NCBI GenBank assembly: GCA_963678815.1
Contig: OY787460.1
Coordinates: 7,031,503 to 7,095,502 of the forward strand
DNA from: Victivallales bacterium
Lineage (GTDB): Bacteria; Verrucomicrobiota; Lentisphaeria; Victivallales; G963678815
Direction: 5' to 3'
DNA: 64,000 nucleotides
Shown: in pieces, positions 47,603 through 57,129 of the stretch
Layout of the letters: every line of letters starts with the position of its first letter
Position numbering within the stretch: position 1 is the first letter of the stretch
Made by a program: the position numbers and the translations under genes
The notes under the pieces: model-generated
What the model saw: only the letters and a program-made list of their open reading frames with translations
What the model was told of the DNA's origin: nothing
The model's database searches: none

Positions 47603-50600
47603 TCATTTTTTTATTATTGGGCCAAGCACGACGCGGAAACCCAGGTCGCAGGGCGTGTACCCAGGCGAATTGCCGCCCCGAATCGCCGACCGGCAGCGCC
47701 TGGCGCGGCTGCCCCAACTGCCGCCGCGATTCACGCGGGCCGAGCCTGTACCAGGCCCTGCAGGATCGCTTTGTGTACCGCTGCCATATTCCCCATACCA
47801 GTCATTACACCACTCCCACACATTGCCACTCATATCGTATAGCCCAAGTTCATTACCACTCTTAGTCCTAACTTCATGCGTTTTCTTTCCACTGTTGCCA
47901 TCGTACCAGCCCACACGGTCAAGATCATCACTCCCGCTGTATTTGTAACCACGGCTCTTAGCCCCCCCACGCGCTGCGTATTCCCACTCAGCCTCCGTGG
48001 GTAAACGGTATGCATAACCTTCCGGCAAACGGCCAGCAGCACGTTCACGTTGCGTAAGCCTTTCACAGAATTTTACTGCGTCATTCCAACTAACTTGTTC
48101 CACCGGATTGTTGCTGCCTTTGAAATGACTCGGATTCGTTCCCATAAGATCCTGGTACTCGCTTTGCGTTACCTCGTACTTTCCGATCCAGTAGCCACGG
48201 CTGATCGTTACGCGATGCACCGGCTTCTCATCACTGTTGCCGTCATTCGAGCCCATATTAAAGCTACCTGGGGAAACATACGCAAACTTCATATCCAGTC
48301 CGGGTACCGTCCAGGAATTATCTTTAACGGGACCATCCCACAAGCTTTTCGTGAAATTCTCGATTTCCACCGAAAGTTTGGACAAGCTATTTTTCGCGGT
48401 AGCGTCAAGATACGTGGTTGAAACACTGCGTAATTCCTTCAACGCCGCATCGCAGAACTTACGGGCGGACGGAACATTACTCTTTGACAGCGCCTTGGCA
48501 TAATATACCCGCGCGGTTTTCATAGACTTTTTATAATCGGCTTTCGCGGCAACTCGCTTACGCGCAAACTCAGCTCCGCTTCGAGCATCGTTATTATTCT
48601 CGTATCCGGGGATCTGCATTGCTTCTTTATATTTTGCTTCAGCATCATCCCACTGTTTATTATTCAGCAGTTTTTTCGCTTCAGCCATGAGCCTATCATA
48701 TTTGGCCTTGCGCTGGGCGCGGAGTATTGCCGCAATATCGTTTTGGGTTTTTGGCACCGCTTTGGCAATGAGGGTTACGGCTTTCCGGTAGGATGACAGG
48801 GCTTTATCCCAGTCTTCGGAGGAAACCGCGTTGTCGGCGCTGGATACTGCAAGACGCGCTTCGGCCCAGTCCGCGCCGCCGAATTTGTTTAGGTCAGCGC
48901 GTTTCACCTTGGCTAATTGGGCTTCATATTGTTTTTTGATAATAGCCAGTGCGGAAGTTCCAATAGCATAGTTCTTTGCGTGTTTGTATTCCTTTTCAGA
49001 CGCCGTGAAGCTTTTCTTAGCTCCCGAAAAATCACCTTTTGCAAGCTTGGCCTTGCCATCATCTTCAAGGCTCTTTGCGCTGTTCCAGATACTTTTCGCC
49101 AGACTCGAAGCGTTGCTCTTTTCCGCGCTTTGTTTCTCCTGTTCCGATCTTTTTGAGGATACCATTGCCGAATTTCGTTCCGAATCGAGCTTTACAAGCT
49201 TTCTGCATCCGGTTATTACTTCCTGGTATTTACCTAAAGCATTGCCGTAAGATTTGGCGCCAAACAAGGTTTTTGCGGTATTGAGTTTCAGTTTCAGAGT
49301 ATCTTTTTTCTTTTGAAATCCGTGTTCGGGAGAAATGCGGCTTAACCTTTCGAACACCATTTCCGCGCGGCTCTTGACCGGAGCGGTTTCGGCGAGTCCG
49401 GCTTTTTCCTTGATCCTGTCCTGCATCGTCCGGGCGTAGGAGTTTTGAGGGTCGATCGACAGTATTTCCGAGGCCGCCGCCGAAGCCGCCGACAAGTCCC
49501 CTTTTCTGAATGAAGACTTCAGTTTCTTTTTAAGGGAATTGAGTTTTTCCTGCGTCTCTTTCGCGAGCTGTTCCTGACGCTGGCGTTCTTCCTCTGCCGC
49601 TTTTTCCCTGGCCAATTGTTCGGCTTTGGACTTCTGGACTTCCCGGTATTTGGTGTAGCCGAAATATCCGCCAGCGCCTATAAGGACAAGAATAATCAGC
49701 AGAACCGCAATTATTTTGCCGCCGCCGGAGGATTTAGAGGCGCGTTTTACTTTGACTTTTCCCCTCATAGCATTGATAAACTCGTCACAGGAAGCGTAGC
49801 GGTCTGAGCCTTTTTTGGCTAACGCCTTCATCAAAAGCGCGTTTTGTTTTTTATTCAATTGGGGCAAAGGTTCCGGCATCCGGTTTTCCACCAGGTTCAA
49901 CATCAAACCGGCGTCGCCCGATTCGAAAACCGACTGGAACGGTACGCCGCCGCTGATCAACTCATAAAGCATACAGGCCAGCGCGTACTGATCGGTTTCG
50001 GGTCCCTGGTTTTTACCCGCCCACTGCTCGGGGGCCATGTAGGGGCGCGTACCGGAGGTGTCGAACTGTTCCCGGGAGACCCGGCCCATCGAACTGCGGA
50101 TTTCGGCGGCAAGCCCGAAGTCGAGAACCTTAACTTCTCCATCCGGGGAAATCATGATATTCGACGGTTTCACGTCGCGATGGATGATCTTTTTCGAATG
50201 CGCGAAGTCCAACGCCTGGGCGACTTTTCCGCAGATGTCCAGAGCTTTGTCCAGCGGTACTTTTTTATCCGGGAACTGTTTGCGCCAGTTGGACAGTGTC
50301 GAGCCATTGACATACTCCATCACCACCAGATAACTGTCGGGAAAAACCCGTAAATGTTCCTGGGCGGCGGCGTCAACCTTTTCCACCTTGTGGAGATGTT
50401 CCAGCGAGGCTATGTATTGGTGTTTCAGCTTGGAGACCATTGCAAAGTTGGACCGGACGTTTTCCAGCTCTTCCGGAACCGCCGAGATCATCGGCGGCAA
50501 TACTTTCAATGCGACATTGATCCCTGCCACGGTATCATGCGCCCGGTATACCGCGCCGAACCCGCCAGCTCCCAGTTGCTCGACAAGTTCATAACGGTCA

Positions 50601-50713
50601 ATGCGCCCTAACGATCCGGGAGAATTCCCGTTTTCGGTAAGCATGTTGCCAATGGATAAATCCAGATTTTCGCCACTTTCCGTTTTAAAATCGCCAATAT
50701 TACTATTATCCAT
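47603..50713 (-). CDS. Hanks-type Ser/Thr receptor kinase with a TM helix, a coiled-coil/TPR-like ectodomain and a C-terminal FGE-sulfatase-like domain. The first active-site Cys position is Ser.
   Basis: The N-terminal roughly 650 aa are identical to 28449..31118. The C-terminal FGE domain reads 'WIGKYEVTQSEYQ...LPTEAEWEYAARGG...GNVWEWCND...GGSWGSRARRCRS'. Confidence 0.8.
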   Translation of the reverse strand: MDNSNIGDFKTESGENLDLSIGNMLTENGNSPGSLGRIDRYELVEQLGAGGFGAVYRAHDTVAGINVALKVLPPMISAVPEELENVRSNFAMVSKLKHQYIASLEHLHKVEKVDAAAQEHLRVFPDSYLVVMEYVNGSTLSNWRKQFPDKKVPLDKALDICGKVAQALDFAHSKKIIHRDVKPSNIMISPDGEVKVLDFGLAAEIRSSMGRVSREQFDTSGTRPYMAPEQWAGKNQGPETDQYALACMLYELISGGVPFQSVFESGDAGLMLNLVENRMPEPLPQLNKKQNALLMKALAKKGSDRYASCDEFINAMRGKVKVKRASKSSGGGKIIAVLLIILVLIGAGGYFGYTKYREVQKSKAEQLAREKAAEEERQRQEQLAKETQEKLNSLKKKLKSSFRKGDLSAASAAASEILSIDPQNSYARTMQDRIKEKAGLAETAPVKSRAEMVFERLSRISPEHGFQKKKDTLKLKLNTAKTLFGAKSYGNALGKYQEVITGCRKLVKLDSERNSAMVSSKRSEQEKQSAEKSNASSLAKSIWNSAKSLEDDGKAKLAKGDFSGAKKSFTASEKEYKHAKNYAIGTSALAIIKKQYEAQLAKVKRADLNKFGGADWAEARLAVSSADNAVSSEDWDKALSSYRKAVTLIAKAVPKTQNDIAAILRAQRKAKYDRLMAEAKKLLNNKQWDDAEAKYKEAMQIPGYENNNDARSGAEFARKRVAAKADYKKSMKTARVYYAKALSKSNVPSARKFCDAALKELRSVSTTYLDATAKNSLSKLSVEIENFTKSLWDGPVKDNSWTVPGLDMKFAYVSPGSFNMGSNDGNSDEKPVHRVTISRGYWIGKYEVTQSEYQDLMGTNPSHFKGSNNPVEQVSWNDAVKFCERLTQRERAAGRLPEGYAYRLPTEAEWEYAARGGAKSRGYKYSGSDDLDRVGWYDGNSGKKTHEVRTKSGNELGLYDMSGNVWEWCNDWYGEYGSGTQSDPAGPGTGSARVNRGGSWGSRARRCRSAIRGGNSPGYTPCDLGFRVVLGPIIKK

Positions 50714-50738
50714 ATACTTATTCCATCTTGAATTATCT
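48755..50738. repeat. Copy 2 of the roughly 2 kb direct repeat (copy 1 at 29160-31143)
   Basis: See copy 1. Confidence 0.85.
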
Positions 50739-50751
50739 TTGTAACATATAT

Positions 50752-50777
50752 TACGGAGGGATTATATCAACATCACG
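50752..50777 (-). promoter_or_regulatory. Candidate ECF-type promoter, motif copy E (CGTGATG-N15-CGTA), 39 nt upstream of the kinase start at 50713
   Basis: Same architecture as copies A-D. Confidence 0.5.
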
Positions 50778-51058
50778 GATGAAAAACTAAGAGGACGCAT
50801 TTCAGATGCCGGTATTCAAGCGGTCCACGGCAACACATCGTGACCGCCTTGCCTTTGAATCGCCGGTTTGCGGACGGACATGCAAGTGACCATAATCAAA
50901 GTCTTTCCATCACCCGTGTTTTACGAAAAATCCGATTATATAAACCTTGCCTGAAATATCCCATTAATTTACATGTTTATAGCTGATTATTATATATAAC
51001 CGGATATCAAAATATCACTTTACTGGATATATAATTATATACACACTAAGGAGGCAAT

Positions 51059-52036
51059 ATGGATTTTTCATATAATGATTTCGACCGGGAATTCTGGGAA
51101 GACAATCTTTCCGGCTTTGTTCCGGAAAAGCTTTATGACATACATGCCCATTTGTGGACTCTGGAAGGCCAGGATCAGCTTCCGGCGGAAAAAAGCTCCA
51201 TTCATCCTGAAATCGATTTTGACGGATTGAGAGAGTGGGGTTGCAAACTGTTTCCGGAACGCGAAGTTCATTTCCTGATTCTCGGTACTCCGCTTCCAGG
51301 CATGGATGTCGAGAACCATAATTCCTGGTTGGCGGAGCAGGTCAAAAGCGATCCGGATTCTGTTGGCGGAATGCTCATTACCCCCGGAACAACTCAGGAG
51401 GAGCTTGAATATGGTTTCGGGAAATTGGGATTCGATGCGGTCAAACCTTACCGGCTGTTCGCGAAGGATCCCAAAAACGCGGATATTACTGATTTTCTCC
51501 CCGAATCACTTCTCGAAGTAATAAATTCGCATGGCAAAGCGGTGATGCTTCATTTGTCGAAACCGGAAGGCGCGGACAATCAAAAGAATCTTGATGATTT
51601 GCGTTATTTTACCCGGAAATATCCTGAAATCAAATGGATATTGGCGCACTGCGCCAGGGCATTCAATCCGTTGTTCCTGGAGAAATCAATTCACAATTTG
51701 AAATATATCCCTAATCTCTGGTATGGCACATCCGCGGTAAATAACCTTTATTCACATTATTTACTTCTGAAACATGAGTGCATCAACCGGATCATGTTCG
51801 GATCGGACAACGTGCTCGCGGGATGTTCGCGCGGCAAATACATCAGTTACGCCCGGGCCTGGCAATACTACCGGGGACAGGAAAACCTGGAACACTGCGA
51901 TTCCCGCGCAACTTTGGTAATTTACGAGCAGCTGCTCCAACAAAAACGCGCCGCCGAAATGCTCGAATTATCCAGTTCCGATATCGATAAATTATTTTTT
52001 GAAAATGCACAAAATTTGATCCGGAATCTAAAATGA
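51059..52036 (+). CDS. Amidohydrolase-2 family metal-dependent TIM-barrel hydrolase
   Basis: 'LYDIHAHLW' is the His-x-His metal motif. The RBS AAGGAGG lies 6 nt upstream. It overlaps the downstream gene by 4 nt. Confidence 0.55.
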   Translation: MDFSYNDFDREFWEDNLSGFVPEKLYDIHAHLWTLEGQDQLPAEKSSIHPEIDFDGLREWGCKLFPEREVHFLILGTPLPGMDVENHNSWLAEQVKSDPDSVGGMLITPGTTQEELEYGFGKLGFDAVKPYRLFAKDPKNADITDFLPESLLEVINSHGKAVMLHLSKPEGADNQKNLDDLRYFTRKYPEIKWILAHCARAFNPLFLEKSIHNLKYIPNLWYGTSAVNNLYSHYLLLKHECINRIMFGSDNVLAGCSRGKYISYARAWQYYRGQENLEHCDSRATLVIYEQLLQQKRAAEMLELSSSDIDKLFFENAQNLIRNLK

Positions 52037-53355
52037 AAACATCAAAAACTCAACAACTTTATTGTCGCGCCAAAGAAATAATACCTGGCGGAAGCCAGTT
52101 ATTGAGCAAGCGTCCGGAAATTTTTGCTCCCGGACAATGGCCCGGTTATTTTTCCAGGGCTTCCGGTTGCGAAGTATGGGATCTGGACGGTAATCATTAC
52201 TATGACTTTTCCACGAATAATGTCGGTGCGACTCTGCTTGGATACGCAAACCCGGAGGTGAATCGCGCAGTACAAGCAGTCATTGATTCTGGAACTATGT
52301 CAAGTCTGAATCCTCCGGAAGAAGTCGATCTGGCGGAACGGCTGCTGGCGATCCACCCCTGGGCGGAACAGGCCAGGTTCGCAAGAACCGGTGGAGAAGC
52401 TATGGCCGTAGCCGTCAGGATCGCTCGCGCAACCACCGGACTCTCCAAGGTCGCCGTTGCCGGATATCACGGTTGGCATGACTGGTATCTCGCCGCTAAT
52501 CTTGGCGACAGCAACGCATTAAAAGGACAACTGTTGCCGGGACTTGCCCCTGAAGGAGTCCCCGAAGAACTTCGCGGAACAACCGTTCCTTTTGTGCACA
52601 ATGATATTGATGCCTTTGACAAAGTCATTGCCGGCCACGGCAACGAACTTGCGGCAATCGTCATGGAAACCTGCCGTCACAATGCTCCGCGGACAGGATA
52701 TCTTGAATATGTCAAGTCCCAGGCGGAAAAGCATGGCATCCTCCTGATCTTCGATGAAATCACGATTGGCTGGCGGTTGATTTTCGGCGGTGCACATTTG
52801 CTGTACGGGGTAAATCCGGATATCGCGGTTTTTTCAAAATCTCTCGGAAACGGCTTCCCGATTGCCGCGATTGTCGGAACCCGAAACGCCATGACTGCCG
52901 CCAATAGCACCTTTGTCAGCAGCTCTTACTGGACCGACCGCACCGGTCCAGCCGCCGCTCTGTCTACACTGGAGGAAATGCGGAAACACAACGTCTCAGG
53001 GCATGTTGCGGGAATTGGGAAAAGCGTCATGGAAATTCTTCGCCGGGAGATTGCGGAAAATGCTTTTCCCGCCAGTGTTTCCGATGGTTTTCCGTGCTTT
53101 GTCCGGCTGGTATTTTCAGGAGAAAAGGGGAACGTCATGCGGACGCTTTACACGCAGTTGATGCTGAAAGAAGGCTTCCTGGCGGGAAGCGCGTTTTACC
53201 CCACCTTGGCCCATACCCCGGAGTTGGCTGCAAAGTTTGCCGAAGCCTGTAGAAAGGTTTTTCCCGAACTCAAGCGAATGCTGAAAACCGGAAGACCGGA
53301 GGATTTCCTTAACGGTCCCGAAGCCCATACCGGTTTCAAGCGCCTGGTTGATTGA
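52033..53355 (+). CDS. Class III pyridoxal-phosphate aminotransferase (glutamate-1-semialdehyde aminomutase-like)
   Basis: 'FDEITIGWR' and 'FSKSLGNGFPIAAIVG' carry the PLP-lysine region. The protein is 440 aa. Confidence 0.75.
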   Translation: MKTSKTQQLYCRAKEIIPGGSQLLSKRPEIFAPGQWPGYFSRASGCEVWDLDGNHYYDFSTNNVGATLLGYANPEVNRAVQAVIDSGTMSSLNPPEEVDLAERLLAIHPWAEQARFARTGGEAMAVAVRIARATTGLSKVAVAGYHGWHDWYLAANLGDSNALKGQLLPGLAPEGVPEELRGTTVPFVHNDIDAFDKVIAGHGNELAAIVMETCRHNAPRTGYLEYVKSQAEKHGILLIFDEITIGWRLIFGGAHLLYGVNPDIAVFSKSLGNGFPIAAIVGTRNAMTAANSTFVSSSYWTDRTGPAAALSTLEEMRKHNVSGHVAGIGKSVMEILRREIAENAFPASVSDGFPCFVRLVFSGEKGNVMRTLYTQLMLKEGFLAGSAFYPTLAHTPELAAKFAEACRKVFPELKRMLKTGRPEDFLNGPEAHTGFKRLVD

Positions 53356-53382
53356 ACATTCTGGTCACAATGATCCCAGGCT

Positions 53383-53416
53383 GCGGATTCCATTTTCCGG
53401 AAATCCCCGCTTTTTT
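53383..53416 (+). terminator. Rho-independent terminator after the aminotransferase gene
   Basis: GCGGATTCCATTTTCCGGAAATCCCCGC followed by TTTTTT. The core palindrome is TTTCCGGAAA. Confidence 0.5.
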
Positions 53417-53426
53417 GCAAATCCTG

Positions 53427-53455
53427 TTGACATTTATAGAAACTGCCTGTATAAT
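53427..53455 (+). promoter_or_regulatory. Consensus sigma70-type promoter TTGACA-N17-TATAAT upstream of the GntR/LacI regulator 53493..54605. CCTGT motifs overlap both hexamers.
   Basis: The sequence ccTGTTGACAtttatagaaactgcCTGTATAATtg was read directly. Confidence 0.5.
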
Positions 53456-53492
53456 TGATATATAACCGAATATAACCAAGATAAAGAAAAAC

Positions 53493-54605
53493 ATGCTTGA
53501 AAGCAAGAAAAGTTTAGTTTATAAGGGGTTGAAGAAGAAACTCTTAAGCAACAAATACCCGCCAATGTTCAAATTACCCAAGGAAATTGAACTGGCTAAA
53601 GAGTTCAATGTGTCAAGAATAACTATCCGCCCGGCGCTGGAAAAACTGGAGAAGGAAGGGCTTATTATTCGCAGACCCTCAAAAGGAACATTCGTCAAAG
53701 GTTCCCGGCCAAGTAATAAATTTCTTATTATCCACAGCAAAATAGACGACTATTCAAACACATCCGTATATATTCTGCAAGGAATAATACAAAAAACTTT
53801 AGAAGAAAACATTACAACAATTTCCTGTGAGAAAGATTTTATTGAGGGGCTTTCGGCCGAAAAGTTTGCCTCTTTTGTCAACGAGAACGGATTTTCCGGC
53901 ATAATTACCATCGACCGTAATTTCACGGGCCGGGAACCTTACCTGGAATCATTGCAAAACTTATCGATACCGGTTGTACTGCCACACGCGTTTCCTCAGG
54001 ACAGCAAAGTTACCGGTTTCAGCGTAACCCGAGTTGATGAGCAGGCGGCGCGAACAAAAGCCATAGATTATCTGACGCAAAAAGGACATCGCCGGATAGC
54101 CTCGATTTTTCCCAAAAACGCTCCTTCGCTCCGCGGTTTTACATTGGCGGAATACAGAAGTATGCTTACTGAGCATAATGCAGACAATGATGCACAGTTA
54201 ATTGTTAATGTTCCTTTGGCAAAAATCCAAGTGGAACGGATTGTAAGAAAATTGATGGCAATGCCTGAACCGCCGTCGGCAATAATATGCTATTCGGATT
54301 TCTTCGCCACCTATGTTTATCAGGCATTGCGGCAAATGCACCTGCGGGTTCCGGAAGACATCGCGGTAATGGGAACCTGTGGTTATCCGGGCGCGGCGCT
54401 TCTTGATCCGCCATTATCTACGATTGACTACCAGTATCATAAACAAGGCAGGATGTGCGTTGAACTGCTGTTAAAAGAATCGGAGGAAAAAAATCAAGGT
54501 GAAAGGATTCCGGAAACGTTTATCGATTCAATACTTGTCGAACGGAAAAGTACAGACTCAAAAGCAAAAAAAAGGAGTGTGGCTTATGTACAAAAAGTTC
54601 AATAA
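53493..54605 (+). CDS. Transcriptional regulator with a GntR-type HTH N-terminus and a LacI/PBP-type sugar-binding domain. A paralog of 15655..16722.
   Basis: The N-terminus is '[42 protein letters not shown]'. Confidence 0.65.
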   Translation: MLESKKSLVYKGLKKKLLSNKYPPMFKLPKEIELAKEFNVSRITIRPALEKLEKEGLIIRRPSKGTFVKGSRPSNKFLIIHSKIDDYSNTSVYILQGIIQKTLEENITTISCEKDFIEGLSAEKFASFVNENGFSGIITIDRNFTGREPYLESLQNLSIPVVLPHAFPQDSKVTGFSVTRVDEQAARTKAIDYLTQKGHRRIASIFPKNAPSLRGFTLAEYRSMLTEHNADNDAQLIVNVPLAKIQVERIVRKLMAMPEPPSAIICYSDFFATYVYQALRQMHLRVPEDIAVMGTCGYPGAALLDPPLSTIDYQYHKQGRMCVELLLKESEEKNQGERIPETFIDSILVERKSTDSKAKKRSVAYVQKVQ

Positions 54606-55359
54606 TTTCATCATAATGGGATTAACCGGTTTCCGGTTAATGCGGAAGCATCGTTTTTTTACCCTTATAGAACTCCTGGTTGTAATTGCTATTATTTCTA
54701 TATTAGCTTCAATGCTGTTGCCGGCGCTCTCGAAAGCTCGTATGACGGCACGGAGAATCAGCTGTTTAAACAAAATGAAGCAAGTAGCAACCGCGACATT
54801 TCTATATGCCGACGACAATAATGGCGAAGCGCCCTGGTTCTACTCATCCAACGGCTCATGGCCCTGGTTCCTTTACAACTGGAATTCGGGAGGCTGTCTT
54901 GGATCGTATCTGGCCGTATCGGAAGACTATCTATTGACCGGCGGTAAAAGCAAGGAAATCTGTCCGCCCGCCCAGTGTCCTTGCGGCGGAACCGATGGCA
55001 CGCAGAGCCCGATCTATTACAAAACCTCGACAAACCTCATGCCAAATATCAGTTATTCTTTTAATTACAACCTGATAACCCGTTCCACCACTAGTTTTCA
55101 GAAATTGAACCGGGTATCAACCCCGTCACACCGGATGCTGCTCATTGGCGCCGGAAAAGACGATTGGAACAATACCACCGCCATTGTCAGCGCGATACAA
55201 GTATATTACCGGCCCTATGTATCGTTTCGGCACGAATCAATGACGAATGTATCTTTTGTCGACGGTCACTGCGCCTCCTGTTCATATTCCCAGGTTCCGG
55301 CCAGTTACGGTATATCGAGTGTTGATCCTTATAAATTCTGGCGGGAATGGAACCCGTAA
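54586..55359 (+). CDS. Prepilin-type/DUF1559 (H-X9-DG) pseudopilin-like protein. The start is probably the internal Met MYKKF.
   Basis: '[36 protein letters not shown]' ... 'FVDGHCAS'. The longer ORF beginning at 54499 would overlap the regulator gene. Confidence 0.8.
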   Translation: MYKKFNNFIIMGLTGFRLMRKHRFFTLIELLVVIAIISILASMLLPALSKARMTARRISCLNKMKQVATATFLYADDNNGEAPWFYSSNGSWPWFLYNWNSGGCLGSYLAVSEDYLLTGGKSKEICPPAQCPCGGTDGTQSPIYYKTSTNLMPNISYSFNYNLITRSTTSFQKLNRVSTPSHRMLLIGAGKDDWNNTTAIVSAIQVYYRPYVSFRHESMTNVSFVDGHCASCSYSQVPASYGISSVDPYKFWREWNP

Positions 55360-55420
55360 TGAGAATAGTGTTTTTGAGGCGGAAGCAACTCCATTTAACA
55401 ATTAAAGGAATTTTTTTAAG

Positions 55421-56962
55421 ATGGCATCAATGACAGAACTTTTTTTGGACAACGAATTTCTTGAATGGACCCCCGGAGTGACCAGGGAGCTTCATCGCCC
55501 CGTAAAATATAACCTCAATCCTGTATTGCGTCCTGAAAAATGGTGGGAGACCCACTGCATCCTCCCCAATGCCGTACTCTATGATAAAGAGGAAAAGCTC
55601 TTCAAGATGTGGTATCGGACCGGACCGGCGGGAAAATTGACGGAGGCAATTGACGGACACGTTAGCTATACCGGCTACGCGATAAGCGCGGACGGCATCA
55701 ACTGGGAACGTCCGGAATTGGGTATTTTTGAAATTGGCGGCAGGCGGGACCACAATATTGTTTTGAAAAGCGAAGTGAATGCCAGGCATGGCAATGTTTC
55801 AGCCGAGCAGGGAAAAAAAGCGTTTATTCTCTCGGTGGTGCCGAATCCGCATCCCGCGGATGAAAATGAAAAGTACGTTTGCATGTTCGCCGACATGGGA
55901 CGGCGAGGCTGTTACTTGGGCTATTCAAAGGATGGTATTCACTGGCGGCGCGAGCCGGAACCATTTTGGCAGACACCGGTAGACGTTACACGGTGGGGAG
56001 ATGACACGCTGAAAAGCATGATCTATGACCATCTGCGGCAAAAATGGGTCATTTACCGGCGGGTGATCCCGCAGGAAAGCGAACGCCTGGTTGCCCGGCC
56101 CGGCGATGAAAACTGGCGGCAGCCCGAACGCATAACCCGGATTATGGCATATGCTGACAGCCGCGATCTGAAGAAATGGGAAAATCACCGGGTTATCATG
56201 ATTCCCGACGCCGATGATCCGGGGGATACTGAATTTTATGGTTTCTCGTGTTACAACTACGCAAATGCATATGTGGGATATTTGTGGATCTATCATACCG
56301 CACCGGATAATGAAACCATCGACATTCAACTGGTCACCAGCCGGAACGGTATTGATTTTACGCGCTGCGCCGGCCGGTCAGTATACCTTCCGGCCAGTCC
56401 CCAAGGCAGTTTCGACCGCATGATTTGCACAAGTTATATGGCTGAACCGATGATTGTTGACGATACCGTTTATATATTTTACGGCGGTACGAATATTGAC
56501 CACGGCGGATCCGCTATGGGACAGGGAAAATTACAGCAGGCGGCGGGTATGGCAACTTTCAAACGTGACCGGTTTGTAAATCTGTATTCCAGCGGCAACA
56601 TGCCGTCATATATAGTAACCAAACCCTTTATCGTCAAACATTCGGATATTTATGTCAATGCCGGCACTTGGGGCGGCGGTTCAGTAAAAGCAAGCGTCTT
56701 GACGCGCGACTGGCGGCAAGTCAGCGGTTATGAATGTGAAAACTTTATTCCCGTCAGCGGCAACGCGCTGGATCATCCGTTAATCTGGAAAAACAAGAAC
56801 GGAATCGCGGAACTGAAAGACCGCGAAGTCAGGCTCAGGCTCCATCTGGACCAGGCACGAGTTCATGCCCTGACTTTTGACAATGCCGCCAGGCCTTTGG
56901 GAAAACTTCCCGATCTGCCTGACTATGGCGGCCCCCGGGATTGCAGGCCGGTCGACGTATAG
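55421..56962 (+). CDS. Putative beta-propeller glycoside hydrolase (GH43/GH130-like fold). Family uncertain.
   Basis: It is 513 aa with a W/Y/G-rich, propeller-like composition and sits between a DUF1559 gene and secreted CAZyme-like genes. Confidence 0.3.
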   Translation: MASMTELFLDNEFLEWTPGVTRELHRPVKYNLNPVLRPEKWWETHCILPNAVLYDKEEKLFKMWYRTGPAGKLTEAIDGHVSYTGYAISADGINWERPELGIFEIGGRRDHNIVLKSEVNARHGNVSAEQGKKAFILSVVPNPHPADENEKYVCMFADMGRRGCYLGYSKDGIHWRREPEPFWQTPVDVTRWGDDTLKSMIYDHLRQKWVIYRRVIPQESERLVARPGDENWRQPERITRIMAYADSRDLKKWENHRVIMIPDADDPGDTEFYGFSCYNYANAYVGYLWIYHTAPDNETIDIQLVTSRNGIDFTRCAGRSVYLPASPQGSFDRMICTSYMAEPMIVDDTVYIFYGGTNIDHGGSAMGQGKLQQAAGMATFKRDRFVNLYSSGNMPSYIVTKPFIVKHSDIYVNAGTWGGGSVKASVLTRDWRQVSGYECENFIPVSGNALDHPLIWKNKNGIAELKDREVRLRLHLDQARVHALTFDNAARPLGKLPDLPDYGGPRDCRPVDV

Positions 56963-57020
56963 TTTTAAACAAAAAAATGTCTTTCAAGTGAGGTAATTAA
57001 AAAATCTGAAAAGATTTAAT

Positions 57021-57070
57021 GATGTGGGGAAGGGCAATCCTTTTGAGGAAAGGTTTTTCTTTTTCCCCAA
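57021..57070 (+). terminator. Weak hairpin plus T-tract (CCTTTtgaggAAAGG followed by TTTTTCTTTTT) after 55421..56962. Possible terminator.
   Basis: A short 5 bp stem followed by a T-rich run. Confidence 0.25.
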
Positions 57071-57129
57071 TTTCCCAAGACTTTTTAAATTGGCTCAAAT
57101 ATCCGATAAATAGCTACGGTTAAGGAGAA

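Noticed and set aside
47391-47717. 108 aa ORF on the minus strand in the kinase intergenic region
   Set aside because: Its sequence derives from direct repeats (GSVKPRPPKK / GGPVKPRPEG), is low-complexity, and has no RBS or homology signal. It is more likely a structured non-coding region.
43700-53403. Recurring TTTCCGGAAA-type palindromes (43700-43720 and 53394-53403) considered as a shared regulatory site
   Set aside because: There are only two occurrences. One is clearly part of an intrinsic terminator stem. The other is a 1-nt-loop palindrome after a stop codon. There is not enough to support a motif.
54499-54585. Upstream extension of the DUF1559 ORF ([16 protein letters not shown]...)
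   Set aside because: It would overlap the last 100 nt of the regulator gene. The internal Met (MYKKF) immediately precedes the conserved hydrophobic prepilin helix, as in the three paralogs.
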